Part shown: positions 1-8,866 of the stretch, piece after piece
Position numbering within the stretch: the stretch's first letter is position 1
Layout of the letters: each line of letters opens with the position of its first letter
DNA from: a virus
Taxonomy: Duplodnaviria; Caudoviricetes
Length of the DNA stretch: 48,414 bases
Reading direction: 5' to 3' (one strand)
Virus record (IMG/VR): IMGVR_UViG_3300030376_003736
Span: 1 to 48,414 of that record
Made by a program: the position numbers and the translations under genes
Notes under the pieces: model-generated
What the model was told of the DNA's origin: nothing
The model's database searches: none
Seen by the model: only the letters and a program-made list of their open reading frames with translations

Positions 1-660
1 CATGGTTGCGGGGGGAGGGGCTGTTGCCGTAGAACCACCGCCCACGGCAGCATTAACTGCGGTGGTTACTGGGTCTGCTACTACTTCTGGGGGTAATTGT
101 TGTATTACTTCTGGGGGTAATTGAGGTATTACTTGAGGTATTACTTCTGGGGGAAGCTGAGCTATCGCTTGTTCTATTTTTTCTATTTCTGGGGGAGCCA
201 TAGTAGGAGCTATTATTTCTTCTGCTGGGGGAGTTGTTGCGCTAGTTCCTATATTTTTTAATACAGCACTAACAGGTGGTTCATATGCAGGGGGTGGTTC
301 AACTGGGAGACCTGTTTCCCTATCTGTTACAGTTACTTTTTCTACGGCTGCGGCTTCTTCCATTGCAGGGGTTACTGCATCGGGGTTCTTTACAAAACCT
401 TCGCCCATTTTAAACGTGTAATTCCCTGATTGCACAGCTTCTTGCAAGCTATCATAGCCGTCCTCCTCCCACCACTGGGTACTAGGCAAGCCCATCTTAA
501 TTGGATTCTTTGCAACTGGGGCTGTCATCTCAATTGGATTATTGGCTGCTTTATTGCCTATTCGCTTTAGCCTTGCTAAAGAAGGTATACCTCCACCAAT
601 CTCTAACTGCTCTTTTATATTTCTAATATCGGCATTAGGTATTCCACCAAATCTAGCCAT
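1..660 (-). CDS. Pro-rich hypothetical protein downstream of portal (partial, runs off the left edge)
   Basis: Not in the ORF track. Manual translation from ATG at 660 (TAATG overlap with the portal stop) is open for 220 codons: MARFGGIPNADIRN..., with QLPPEV repeats encoded at about 82-160. Confidence 0.75.
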   Translation of the reverse strand, partial: MARFGGIPNADIRNIKEQLEIGGGIPSLARLKRIGNKAANNPIEMTAPVAKNPIKMGLPSTQWWEEDGYDSLQEAVQSGNYTFKMGEGFVKNPDAVTPAMEEAAAVEKVTVTDRETGLPVEPPPAYEPPVSAVLKNIGTSATTPPAEEIIAPTMAPPEIEKIEQAIAQLPPEVIPQVIPQLPPEVIQQLPPEVVADPVTTAVNAAVGGGSTATAPPPATM

Positions 661-3080
661 TAGTCTTTACTCCCAGACTTTTTCTCTTGTTGGATTCTTT
701 CTCTTTCGGCTCCAACTTTCATTGCGGCTATGTCTTCTTGTGATTTCAACTTCTCTTCTTCCGATTGATCTTTTTGTTTAAGCTTAGCTTTATCAAGTTT
801 TAATTTCTTCTCGGCGATCATCTTATCATCTTCATTCTCTTTTGCACGTATTTGTAACTCTTGTTGTTTTAGAGCGACAACACCATCATCAGGAGGAGTC
901 ATGATTTTTTCTAGTCTAGGTAGAATTTTTTCAATTATATCTAGTTCAAGTTGTGCCTTCAAAGCTTCTTTAGCTGGGTTAGGTGGAGGGGGTTGCATCA
1001 TACCTCCTTGTTGCATTTGTGGTATCTGTTGCATAGGTGGTTGTTGATCTGGCATTTCTAGGTCAGCTTGATTTTGTGCTTCTAATGATACGTGCTCAAA
1101 AATATGCGACACCATAATAGGAAGCGTAGCTGGGTTGCTCAGGCCTATGCCAGTTTCTAAAAAGGATAAATGCACTTCAATATGTATTTGATGTGCTTGG
1201 TCAGGGAAAGCCACAAGAGGCATTCCCATGAGGGCAGCACTATTCTCACTTGCTGGATCCATTGGGGCGGGAGGTGGAGGATCCGGGGCGAATAGTGCTT
1301 CAATATTTTCTGTTCCTAGTGCTTGATACATTCTTCTGTAGGATTCTTTAATGTTGTGAATCTCAGGATTACTTTGTACCAATTGTAATTCTTGTTGCGC
1401 CAACGTAATTCTCTGACTCATAGAGAAGAAGTTAGGATCACTGACAGGGATAACATCCACTCTGTTGTCAAAGTCAGTTTGTTTAATAGCTTGGTCCCCT
1501 CCAATTACTTGGTATGGATAGACGGGGGGTAGGTACTCCGCAAAGAGTCTAGCTAATATTTTGAATTCTGTTTTTTGTGCGTAGTGCAATCTTTTGTGAA
1601 CGGCAGACATGACTCTTGTGCCTTGCTCAAGTAATGCCATGGTTGTTCCTACAGGCATTTCTTGATTGCCTTCACCCACTTGTAGATTAGTAATGGATGC
1701 GAATCTCTGTCCTGCCTCTACGCAAAATCCTAATAGTTGCATTAATGTCGCCGACGGTTCTTTGTATGGCAACGGTACTAATGAATCTCTTAGCGCTCCA
1801 CCCGGTGCATCCACATCTCTAAATTCACCCGGCTCTAGTGGAGTCTCATCATCTCTGATTCGTAGACCCCTGGCCTTAAACCCAGCAGGGAGATTTGCAA
1901 GGGTACCAGCATCTATTAATTGTCTCAGTGCTCCAGTGGCGGTTCGAGACAGCCCGCCGATCATGTGGATCAAACCGAAGCCATAGAAGCCGAGGCCAGG
2001 GAGAAACTTGTAGTGAACAAAGTATTGTGTCTTACCTTTCAGTGGATCTTCAGGGTTGAAGTTCCTTCTGATAGACAGAACCGCATTAGAGGCTCTATCA
2101 ATAGTAATGATATAAGGTAAGTGGAAACCGTCTTGATCTTCAAATCCGGGTATGTCCATTGAAACGTGGCATTCCAATAGTTCATACATCATGTCATTGT
2201 TTGTTGGGCTAATTCCCTCTAGTTCATCTTCCTTGTCACTTGCTTCATTACTGACATTGGTTTCAGACGGTTGTAGTGGTATATCTCTGTAGAAGCCCGC
2301 TAATTGTTGTGCGCGCACTTCGTTGTAAGACATCTTAACTACGTGTGTAATTCTTTCGCATGTTTCTAGATCACTAGCGGTGTATGGAACCACTAGATCT
2401 TCTACGGGGACGAAGGTGCTAACTGCTCTTTGTTTGCTTGCATCGTAGTAAACCTTCTTAAACGCTGTACCCGCTAACGGTAAATAGAACAATAATTGGT
2501 CCATTTCAGGGGTATATTCGTCCATTACCGTAGTTATTTGGTAATTCATGAATTCTTCTACTCTTCTAGCCTGATCTTCAGTTTCAGGTGTTTCGTTCCC
2601 CATTACCCTTGTTTTGACCGGTCCCTTACTAGGAAGTAGTTCTTTAAATGCCTGAGCTTGGAACTGGGTCACGGATTCGGCGAGCATAGGGTGGGTTACG
2701 CCAGAAGAACCAGGGAAAGGTCTATCCCTTTCCTCATACTTGAAACCAAGTAAGTCTAGTCCCTTAATATACGCATCTTCCCACTCGGACCTAGAACCTT
2801 TGTCTTCCTCAAAATCACTTATGAGTTGACTAGCAATTCTTCCGAGCTCGCCTTCTTCAATGTACTCCGCTAAATTCGCGTCGAATGGGGTAGTGTCTAT
2901 GACCTCAACATCAGGAGAATAGTTTATTTCTGCTCCGTCGTCTGTTAGTTCAATTGCAATATCATCTGTTTCGCCCGGAGCCATAGGTTCTTCGATCTGA
3001 ACCTCTGTACCGTCTTCGACTTCCAGATCTATAAGATCCGACAACCTTTCTATATTGGTTGGTTTACTATTTTCTGCCAT
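660..3080 (-). CDS. Portal protein (P22-like/podovirus type)
   Basis: 806 aa next to TerL; motifs THPMLAESVTQFQAQAFKEL, GTAFKKVYYD, FLPGLGFYGFG, LRQLIDAGTLANLPAGFK typical of these portals; coiled-coil C-terminus. Confidence 0.88.
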   Translation of the reverse strand: MAENSKPTNIERLSDLIDLEVEDGTEVQIEEPMAPGETDDIAIELTDDGAEINYSPDVEVIDTTPFDANLAEYIEEGELGRIASQLISDFEEDKGSRSEWEDAYIKGLDLLGFKYEERDRPFPGSSGVTHPMLAESVTQFQAQAFKELLPSKGPVKTRVMGNETPETEDQARRVEEFMNYQITTVMDEYTPEMDQLLFYLPLAGTAFKKVYYDASKQRAVSTFVPVEDLVVPYTASDLETCERITHVVKMSYNEVRAQQLAGFYRDIPLQPSETNVSNEASDKEDELEGISPTNNDMMYELLECHVSMDIPGFEDQDGFHLPYIITIDRASNAVLSIRRNFNPEDPLKGKTQYFVHYKFLPGLGFYGFGLIHMIGGLSRTATGALRQLIDAGTLANLPAGFKARGLRIRDDETPLEPGEFRDVDAPGGALRDSLVPLPYKEPSATLMQLLGFCVEAGQRFASITNLQVGEGNQEMPVGTTMALLEQGTRVMSAVHKRLHYAQKTEFKILARLFAEYLPPVYPYQVIGGDQAIKQTDFDNRVDVIPVSDPNFFSMSQRITLAQQELQLVQSNPEIHNIKESYRRMYQALGTENIEALFAPDPPPPAPMDPASENSAALMGMPLVAFPDQAHQIHIEVHLSFLETGIGLSNPATLPIMVSHIFEHVSLEAQNQADLEMPDQQPPMQQIPQMQQGGMMQPPPPNPAKEALKAQLELDIIEKILPRLEKIMTPPDDGVVALKQQELQIRAKENEDDKMIAEKKLKLDKAKLKQKDQSEEEKLKSQEDIAAMKVGAERERIQQEKKSGSKD

Positions 3081-3087
3081 TTACAGC

Positions 3088-3249
3088 TTAATAAACGCCA
3101 GTAAACTTAATGCCTCTTTCAGCAGCTCCTCTACCACGGCTCTTGCCTTTGCCTGCTCCAGGCTGTGGTCCTTTGGAAGTTGCCATTTTCTTTTGTTTTG
3201 CATAAGGAACAAATCCTTGGTCCTTTATCTTTTCACCTTTATCTGCCAT
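3088..3249 (-). CDS. Small basic phage protein (53 aa)
   Basis: Manual translation MADKGEKIKDQGFVPY...SRGRGAAERGIKFTGVY; GGAG RBS upstream; fills the TerL-portal gap. Confidence 0.7.
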   Translation of the reverse strand: MADKGEKIKDQGFVPYAKQKKMATSKGPQPGAGKGKSRGRGAAERGIKFTGVY

Positions 3250-3258
3250 TTTTAGCTC

Positions 3259-4755
3259 CTAGTAATATTCTTTTAGTCTGCGTGGATAGTTATCCTGTAG
3301 ATCATCGTCAGATTCTAAACCAATAAATCCTCCCTGTCGATAACGCATTAACGCTTGCGTAGTGGAGTCTACCAAATCATCGTGATCTCCGAAAGGGAAT
3401 GCTGCACATTCCTCCACCAATTCTTCCGCCCAACGCGTCTCGGGAACATACACCATGCCTGATTCCAACATCGGTGCAACTGCATTTACCCTCGCAATTT
3501 TATCCTGTCCTTTGCCGGGTGAGTAATTCACCACTGGAATTCCAGAATGTCGCAGTTCGTCGGTTAGCGGTAGCCCACTCGCCTTCGCCTCTACGATTAC
3601 GGTATCTGGATCCCAGTATTGATATTGATCGTACGCTTGCCTTTTCAACTCTGGAAAATCCCACCGACCTTTCTTTACGTCGAGTAACAATAGAGCTGGT
3701 CTCTGGGACCCCTCGTCTGGGTAGAATACGCACCACGTCGTTATAGCAGAAAAGTCAGCTGTTTCTTTTTTCGTGTAAGCCGTATCGTACGACTGAATAA
3801 TGTATTGCATTTGTGGAACTTCATCGCTCTCCCAAGTCTTCCACCACTCCCTTTTTAAAATAGCGCCTTCTTCAGAAGTAGGGTTTTGCATCCACTGTGC
3901 TTCCCACTTACTTACAGGTATAGAGGCTTTTACCCCTTCCAATTCTTCTATCTTCCAATATTCAGGCCATAAAGGTTGGTGAGTCTCAGGGAATATAGCT
4001 GGGAATTCCACAACTTCCCATTGGTCGGCGTGGTCTTCTACTTGTCTGCTAAGGAGTCTGCCAGTTAAATCTTTGACTGACCACCTTGTCATCACAATAA
4101 CAATAGCACCGCCCGGTTGTAACCTTTGTCGTGGTCCAGATGAATAATAGTCCCAAGCGTTGTCTAGGGCCGTGGGCGAGAGGGCATCTTGCTCTGAGTG
4201 AATATCATCCAACACAAGTAGATCCGCACCACGTCCTGTTACCGCACCGCCAATACCTGAATAGAACGCTTCGCCACCGCCATTGGTTTCCCACCTTCCC
4301 GCCGATTTACTATCCGCCTTTAACTGTACGCCCGGAAATACTTCTTGATAAGCGGGTGAGTCGATTAAATCCCTGACCTTTCTACCGAAACGGAAGGCTA
4401 GTTCGGCGGTGTGCGTTATTTGCATAACCTTCAACTTTGGATTACGGCCCAAGATCCATGAAGGAAAGAATGTAGATGCGAATTCAGACTTAGTATGTCT
4501 AGGTGGCATATTGACAATGAGTCTTTTTAGTTCACCTTTTGCGACTCTTTCTAGCTTCTCAGCAAATATCTGGTGATGCCTACCTTCCACAAAGTCTGGC
4601 CACATGTGTTTTATGTATCGAAGGAACTTATCTTGCCCCTCCCTTTGAAGCTGCTTAGCGTTCAAAGCCTCTGTTAGTTCAAGTAATTGTTTTGTAGCAT
4701 CAGGGTATTGCTCTGCTAACCGCTCCAAGTCTATATCGTAGGATGCCTTCGCCAT
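3259..4755 (-). CDS. terL: Terminase large subunit
   Basis: Walker A-like VNMPPRHTKS, Walker B LLVLDD, coupling motif VMTRW, nuclease motifs QSYDTA and HDDLVD; adjacent to portal. Confidence 0.95.
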   Translation of the reverse strand: MAKASYDIDLERLAEQYPDATKQLLELTEALNAKQLQREGQDKFLRYIKHMWPDFVEGRHHQIFAEKLERVAKGELKRLIVNMPPRHTKSEFASTFFPSWILGRNPKLKVMQITHTAELAFRFGRKVRDLIDSPAYQEVFPGVQLKADSKSAGRWETNGGGEAFYSGIGGAVTGRGADLLVLDDIHSEQDALSPTALDNAWDYYSSGPRQRLQPGGAIVIVMTRWSVKDLTGRLLSRQVEDHADQWEVVEFPAIFPETHQPLWPEYWKIEELEGVKASIPVSKWEAQWMQNPTSEEGAILKREWWKTWESDEVPQMQYIIQSYDTAYTKKETADFSAITTWCVFYPDEGSQRPALLLLDVKKGRWDFPELKRQAYDQYQYWDPDTVIVEAKASGLPLTDELRHSGIPVVNYSPGKGQDKIARVNAVAPMLESGMVYVPETRWAEELVEECAAFPFGDHDDLVDSTTQALMRYRQGGFIGLESDDDLQDNYPRRLKEYY

Positions 4756-5228
4756 CAGTTCAACTCCTTTAATGTGATTATATTTTTACACCACCAGTAT
4801 AATTCGTCTTCTGTCAAGTTATGCTTCAAAATATTTACCCTACTGCAAACCAATTGTACATTATTTGGTAAATAACCGTTATGGGGATCTATACGATCAA
4901 TACTAGCATTCAATTCCTTTCTTCCGCCTCCGTCTTTTTGCCACGTCAAAAAAACACCTGATAAAGCACATTTGCCTTCTTGCTCATGCCACAACGCAAC
5001 AATGTCTATGGCTTCTATATTCCATTCAATCCCTGAATTTCTTCTAGCTGATTTTGCTTGAGTGTATAGATGTCTTAAATATTTTTCTGGGGATGAGGAT
5101 TTCTTACGATTTGCAATTTTGGTTCTACAGGATTTACAAACACTACGGAAATATTTTCCTTTCGGATTTGAAGTGATTTCAAAGTCTTCTTCTGGGAGTT
5201 CTTGTTTACAGGCTGTGCAAATTTTCAT
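4755..5228 (-). CDS. HNH/His-Me finger endonuclease-like protein with N-terminal Zn ribbon
   Basis: CxxC...CxxC at the N-terminus, QEGKCALSG, SIDRID..GY..NVQLVC..VNILK; stop overlaps the TerL start. Confidence 0.75.
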   Translation of the reverse strand: MKICTACKQELPEEDFEITSNPKGKYFRSVCKSCRTKIANRKKSSSPEKYLRHLYTQAKSARRNSGIEWNIEAIDIVALWHEQEGKCALSGVFLTWQKDGGGRKELNASIDRIDPHNGYLPNNVQLVCSRVNILKHNLTEDELYWWCKNIITLKELN

Positions 5229-5368
5229 GCCAAATTTTTTGAAATTTTAAAATTTTTTGACCCCATATCGTTTTTGACTTTTTACATAATGAAGGGGGTA
5301 GCTTTATTTGTCAAAGTTTCTGGATATTCTCTCTATGTCTATTTTCTTCTCTAATATAGAACCCACTC

Positions 5369-5532
5369 GCTTCGCTCGTAGGGGGGGATAGGCCCTAGAT
5401 TCAATGTAATAGATATTAATAGATTCATTCTAATGCAGACCGAAGGCATATCTATATGGATATGTCATTAGATTCATTCTATCAATATCTATTACTTTCA
5501 TTCTAGAACCTATCCCCCCCTACGAGCGAAGC
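5369..5532. repeat. 164-bp imperfect palindrome
   Basis: Perfect 24-bp outer arms gcttcgctcgtagggggggatagg (5369-5392) and cctatccccccctacgagcgaagc (5509-5532); pairing continues inward with isolated mismatches to about 5435/5466. Confidence 0.95.
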
Positions 5533-5572
5533 CGAGCGGAGCGAGGCGAGGCGGACACACACGCGAAAAGAG

Positions 5573-5608
5573 TTGACACTATAAGATATTTATGTATATA
5601 TCTTATAG
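5573..5608 (+). promoter_or_regulatory. Putative sigma70 promoter overlapped by an 11-bp inverted repeat
   Basis: TTGACA at 5573-5578 with an AT-rich -10 region near 5595-5601; ctataagatat (5579-5589) / atatcttatag (5598-5608); upstream of AGGAG RBS and ORF 5671. Confidence 0.55.
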
Positions 5609-5670
5609 ACACATGGCTTGCTAACCTTTAGTATATACATACTTATTTTAATAACTAATAGGAGAAAATT

Positions 5671-5868
5671 ATGAAACTAAAAATAAGTATGTTTAATAAT
5701 AATGGGTTAGAAGTAGCGAAGGCAATTGAGCCTAACTGCACTAGTCTTGTCATCAATGGCATTGTGTGTGTTGCCAATGGTCAGATACTAGAGGAGACAC
5801 CTCTATTAGAAGACCACGAAGCAGAGCATGGCACAATCGTTATCCAAGAGCAGAGGAGATTATCATGA
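5671..5868 (+). CDS. Hypothetical early protein
   Basis: AGGAG RBS; first gene after the promoter; ATGA-coupled to the next gene. Confidence 0.7.
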   Translation: MKLKISMFNNNGLEVAKAIEPNCTSLVINGIVCVANGQILEETPLLEDHEAEHGTIVIQEQRRLS

Positions 5869-6068
5869 GAAGTATTGTACTTAGTAGTATGTGCGTCCCC
5901 TTCACTCTTGGGTTAGCACTTTATTATGGTTCTAGTTATGGCTACTACATTGTAGCCATGATTCTGTTCCTTAGTGGTTGGTTATGTGGAGTATCTACTC
6001 TTAATTTAGTAGACATAAATCTAAGTGGAAAGGTAATAATTCCACGCAGTTATAGGAGCAAATCATGA
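5865..6068 (+). CDS. Small two-TM membrane protein (start reassigned to 5865)
   Basis: GAGGAG RBS and ATGA overlap at 5865; two hydrophobic stretches. Confidence 0.6.
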   Translation: MRSIVLSSMCVPFTLGLALYYGSSYGYYIVAMILFLSGWLCGVSTLNLVDINLSGKVIIPRSYRSKS

Positions 6069-6238
6069 GAATGACAGAAGTATTTATCGAAGTTGAGGAT
6101 AAGATCCTTGAGCATCTTCCATACTGCGAATGTATGGAAGAACTCATGGATAGATTAATGGCTTCATCTGTTGCCAAGTACGGCAGAGAGATGATGGTTC
6201 CAATGGTCGAGGACTTATGGTTCGAGTATACGAACTAA
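6065..6238 (+). CDS. Hypothetical protein (57 aa)
   Basis: Manual translation MRMTEVFIEVEDK...WFEYTN; AGGAG RBS, ATGA overlap, followed by a terminator. Confidence 0.65.
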   Translation: MRMTEVFIEVEDKILEHLPYCECMEELMDRLMASSVAKYGREMMVPMVEDLWFEYTN

Positions 6239-6250
6239 TCACCCCAAGAG

Positions 6251-6282
6251 AAATAGGGCAACGAATGTTGCCCTATTTTTTT
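6251..6282 (+). terminator. Rho-independent terminator
   Basis: aaatagggcaac-gaat-gttgccctattt followed by a T-run. Confidence 0.85.
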
Positions 6283-6345
6283 ATGTCAGTACCAGACAAG
6301 GCCACCAGGTTCCAGGTTCCCGGTCAGTCAGAACAAACAAGCAAG

Positions 6346-6456
6346 CAAGCAAGCAACACCATAACTAATTCCTTTTTAATCTAAGTCAAGGTTGTTTTCC
6401 TATCACGGAACTTCCACCTTGACTTAGAAGGAATTAGTTATGGTGTTGCTTGCTTG
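6346..6456. repeat. 111-bp inverted repeat / long hairpin
   Basis: 29-bp perfect arms (6346-6374 / 6428-6456), a 6-nt bulge, then 12-bp arms ctaagtcaaggt / accttgacttag. Confidence 0.95.
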
Positions 6457-6478
6457 TATGGGACAGATTCGATATAAT
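6450..6478 (+). promoter_or_regulatory. Sigma70 promoter
   Basis: TTGCTT-17 bp-TATAAT upstream of AAGGAG RBS and ORF 6508. Confidence 0.75.
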
Positions 6479-6507
6479 ATAGACTTGTTAAACTAAAGGA
6501 GAAAATT

Positions 6508-7062
6508 ATGGGAATGGATGTTTATGGATTAAATCCACAGACTACAACAGAGAGACCAAAGCGACCGAATCATGAGGACTATCAGTCCGAAGATTGGAAC
6601 AGATACTTTGAGAAATTGAACGAGTACCAAGATGCAAACGTTGGTACTTATTTCAGGAATTCTGTTTGGGGTTGGCGACCTCTTTGGGATTATGTTTATC
6701 AGTTAAATGACGACATACTAACCGAAGAAGATCACCAACTAGGTCATAGCAATAGTGGTCATGAAATCACAGAAGCACAATGCGAGGTCATCTGTAAAAG
6801 ATTAACCGAAGCATTAGACAACGGAGAAACGGAAGAATATAAAAAGGGTTATTATTTGGCTCTTGAAAATCTTCCACTTGTTAAGTGCGACACTTGTGAC
6901 GGGGTAGGAGAACGCAACGATCAATATGTTCAAGGAGAATGCAACGCTTGTCATGGTAAAGGAGAACGCAAGGACTACGCAACAAGTTACCCCTTTGATG
7001 TGGAGAACGTAGAAGAATTTAGGAACTTCATCAGAGAATCAGGAGGATTCGCAATCAACTAG
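6508..7062 (+). CDS. Phage protein with DnaJ-type CxxCxGxG zinc finger
   Basis: CDTCDGVG and CNACHGKG motifs; own promoter, RBS and terminator. Confidence 0.8.
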   Translation: MGMDVYGLNPQTTTERPKRPNHEDYQSEDWNRYFEKLNEYQDANVGTYFRNSVWGWRPLWDYVYQLNDDILTEEDHQLGHSNSGHEITEAQCEVICKRLTEALDNGETEEYKKGYYLALENLPLVKCDTCDGVGERNDQYVQGECNACHGKGERKDYATSYPFDVENVEEFRNFIRESGGFAIN

Positions 7063-7082
7063 AACACTTCTCCTATAGTGGG

Positions 7083-7116
7083 AAAGGACGGAGGCCCCCA
7101 GCTTCCGTCCTTTTTT
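7083..7116 (+). terminator. Rho-independent terminator
   Basis: aaaggacggag...ttccgtccttt stem followed by a T-run just after ORF 6508-7062. Confidence 0.8.
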
Positions 7117-7136
7117 ATTGCCCGGTAAAAGCTCAG

Positions 7137-7427
7137 CAGCCCGCCGTCAGGCTCCCGGTGCTGGGATCCCTGAGCAGAGCTAACAAGCAAGCACGCCCCC
7201 AAACCCTTATACTATAAGGCTTTCCGACCTATGCCCACGTTTCCATTAGAACCAATACGCATTCGCCAGCTGCCGTCTGGGTCCAGCTCTGGACCCAGAG
7301 CAAACAAGCAAGCAAGCAAGCTGAAACGCTTATACTACAAGGGTTTCAGCTTGCTTGGGCGAGGGCGAAGCCCGAGCCAGCTCCGTCAGCGCTGGGGCCC
7401 GGTCCAGAGCAAACAAGCAAGCAAGCT
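7137..7427. repeat. Three degenerate GC-rich units with (CAAG)n tracts and hairpins
   Basis: CAGC..CCGTC at about 7137, 7267, 7378; CAGAGC(A/T)AA(CAAG)n at about 7175, 7296, 7405; AAAC(C/G)CTTATACTA(T/C)AAGG at 7201 and 7324. Confidence 0.85.
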
Positions 7428-7854
7428 AGCCAGTCAATTGTTCCTTCGTCCAAGTCCTAACTAGAAAGGTTAAATGACTTTGGACGAAGGACCAATTGAC
7501 TGGGGCCGAGAGAGAAAGGGGAGAAAGAGAGAGACCTTGTTCAGAGAGGTCTCTTACTTGGTCAGAGGAATAAATATAAATGTCAGATTTTCTTGGACTA
7601 CTCTCCAAGACCCTCTTGACCAAGATAAAAGCAGGGGAGTTTTTACGTTCTTCATGGTAGGCGATCTGGTGTGGTGACAGGTTAACTCTATTACTTTTTG
7701 TTACCTTCAATTCAACAGTAAAGTAAATACCCTCTTTGGTAGTACCTAAAACATCTGGTATGCCGTGATTAACCCGTGATTCCAAGCGAATCCAAGAAAA
7801 CTCCGTCAAGTTTCTTCTTACTTGTTGCCAAAACAATTTTTCAGGTTGTGCCAC
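7426..7854 (-). CDS. VRR-NUC / Holliday junction resolvase-like PD-(D/E)XK nuclease
   Basis: PEKLFW...GIPDVLG...VELKV...LSPHQIAYH motif arrangement. Confidence 0.8.
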   Translation of the reverse strand: MAQPEKLFWQQVRRNLTEFSWIRLESRVNHGIPDVLGTTKEGIYFTVELKVTKSNRVNLSPHQIAYHEERKNSPAFILVKRVLESSPRKSDIYIYSSDQVRDLSEQGLSLSPLSLSAPVNWSFVQSHLTFLVRTWTKEQLTG

Positions 7855-7949
7855 AGTAAAAATATTATACTTTATTAGTAGAAATTAGTTGTATTTATGG
7901 GATATTTATTATAAGGTGGGTATGTAATTTATTAACAAAAGGAACAATT

Positions 7950-8246
7950 ATGACAAAGAAAAAATTAGCTACAGTCTCTCCAATTAAAGAAAGAGACAGA
8001 GATGATCTCACACTAGAGTTAGTTGGAGAATTGGCTACAAAATATCATGACGGAATTGGTTGTAAGAACTACAATCATCCTCAAGCTGTTTACGATCAAT
8101 TCTTTTATCTAGCTTTTACTCACCTAGCCAACACTCCTCAAAAAACTCAACGCTTAGTATTGGCAACAATAATGGACGCAGTTTCAGACGCTCAAAGCAG
8201 ACTCTTTGAGGAAGAACTTGAGGACGAGGAGAAAGATAATGGCTAA
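7950..8246 (+). CDS. Hypothetical protein
   Basis: AAGGA RBS; first gene of a tightly coupled + strand cluster. Confidence 0.7.
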   Translation: MTKKKLATVSPIKERDRDDLTLELVGELATKYHDGIGCKNYNHPQAVYDQFFYLAFTHLANTPQKTQRLVLATIMDAVSDAQSRLFEEELEDEEKDNG

Positions 8247-8469
8247 ACAACCAACAAAGAAAATTCATATTGACTTTGAATGTGTCACTAACTTTTTAGA
8301 AGATTACGACTATTGGGGTGGTGACGGGTGGGTCACTGAAATATTAAATGGGAATATTGATTTAGAGTTAATGCGTAAAGCAGTCATCTCTCATTCAGTT
8401 GGCAACAGAGCTGAGTGTCAGCAATGTGTTGATGATATGTTTATAAAAAAATGGTGGGAGAAAGACTAA
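8239..8469 (+). CDS. Hypothetical protein (start reassigned to MAKQPT)
   Basis: GAGGAG RBS ahead of ATG 8239. Confidence 0.65.
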   Translation: MAKQPTKKIHIDFECVTNFLEDYDYWGGDGWVTEILNGNIDLELMRKAVISHSVGNRAECQQCVDDMFIKKWWEKD

Positions 8470-8627
8470 TGGATGAAAAATATTCAATAACTATTACTTT
8501 TGAAAAAAGTGGCAAGGAAGAAACTAAAACTTTTTCGTTTAAAACCCAAAAGGAATTAAAAGCTTTTCATGACGGAGTGTATGAAATGTATGGTAATGAT
8601 GATTACCAAATTGAAGGAGAGGACTAA
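8469..8627 (+). CDS. Hypothetical protein (52 aa)
   Basis: Manual translation MDEKYSITITFEK...QIEGED; TAATG overlaps at both ends; GGAG RBS. Confidence 0.65.
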   Translation: MDEKYSITITFEKSGKEETKTFSFKTQKELKAFHDGVYEMYGNDDYQIEGED

Positions 8628-8866
8628 TGACTTTTGCAGAAACTTTTGAAGAAAGAGAAAAGGAAGCATCAGAGAAACCGAGTAGGAATATTGTGTACGG
8701 CTTCAGGTCTGGCGAAAAAAGAAAATTTTTCGTAGATGTTGAAGATATATGTCTCACTATTAACTCAGGAGACAGTTTTTCAGATGATTATTATGTTTAC
8801 CCAACACAAGAAGAACGAGATAAAGAATTTAATAAACTTGTGGCAGAGGAGAAAGATAATGGATGA
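8627..8866 (+). CDS. Hypothetical protein
   Basis: GGAGAGG RBS; TAATG coupling. Confidence 0.65.
   Translation: MTFAETFEEREKEASEKPSRNIVYGFRSGEKRKFFVDVEDICLTINSGDSFSDDYYVYPTQEERDKEFNKLVAEEKDNG

Noticed and set aside
542-4376. + strand ORFs inside portal and TerL, and similar antisense ORFs elsewhere (e.g. 13128, 18109, 19610, 27029, 39775, 41119, 44151)
   Set aside because: They are shadow frames fully overlapping well-supported genes on the opposite strand, with no RBS or recognisable motifs.
6868-6963. DnaJ chaperone
   Set aside because: Only two CxxCxGxG motifs are present, with no J-domain HPD motif.
7137-7427. CRISPR array
   Set aside because: Repeats are degenerate and vary in length, spacing is irregular, and no cas genes are present.
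7231-7464. 77-aa ORF
   Set aside because: No RBS, lies after a terminator, and its KQASK repeats simply translate the CAAG tracts.
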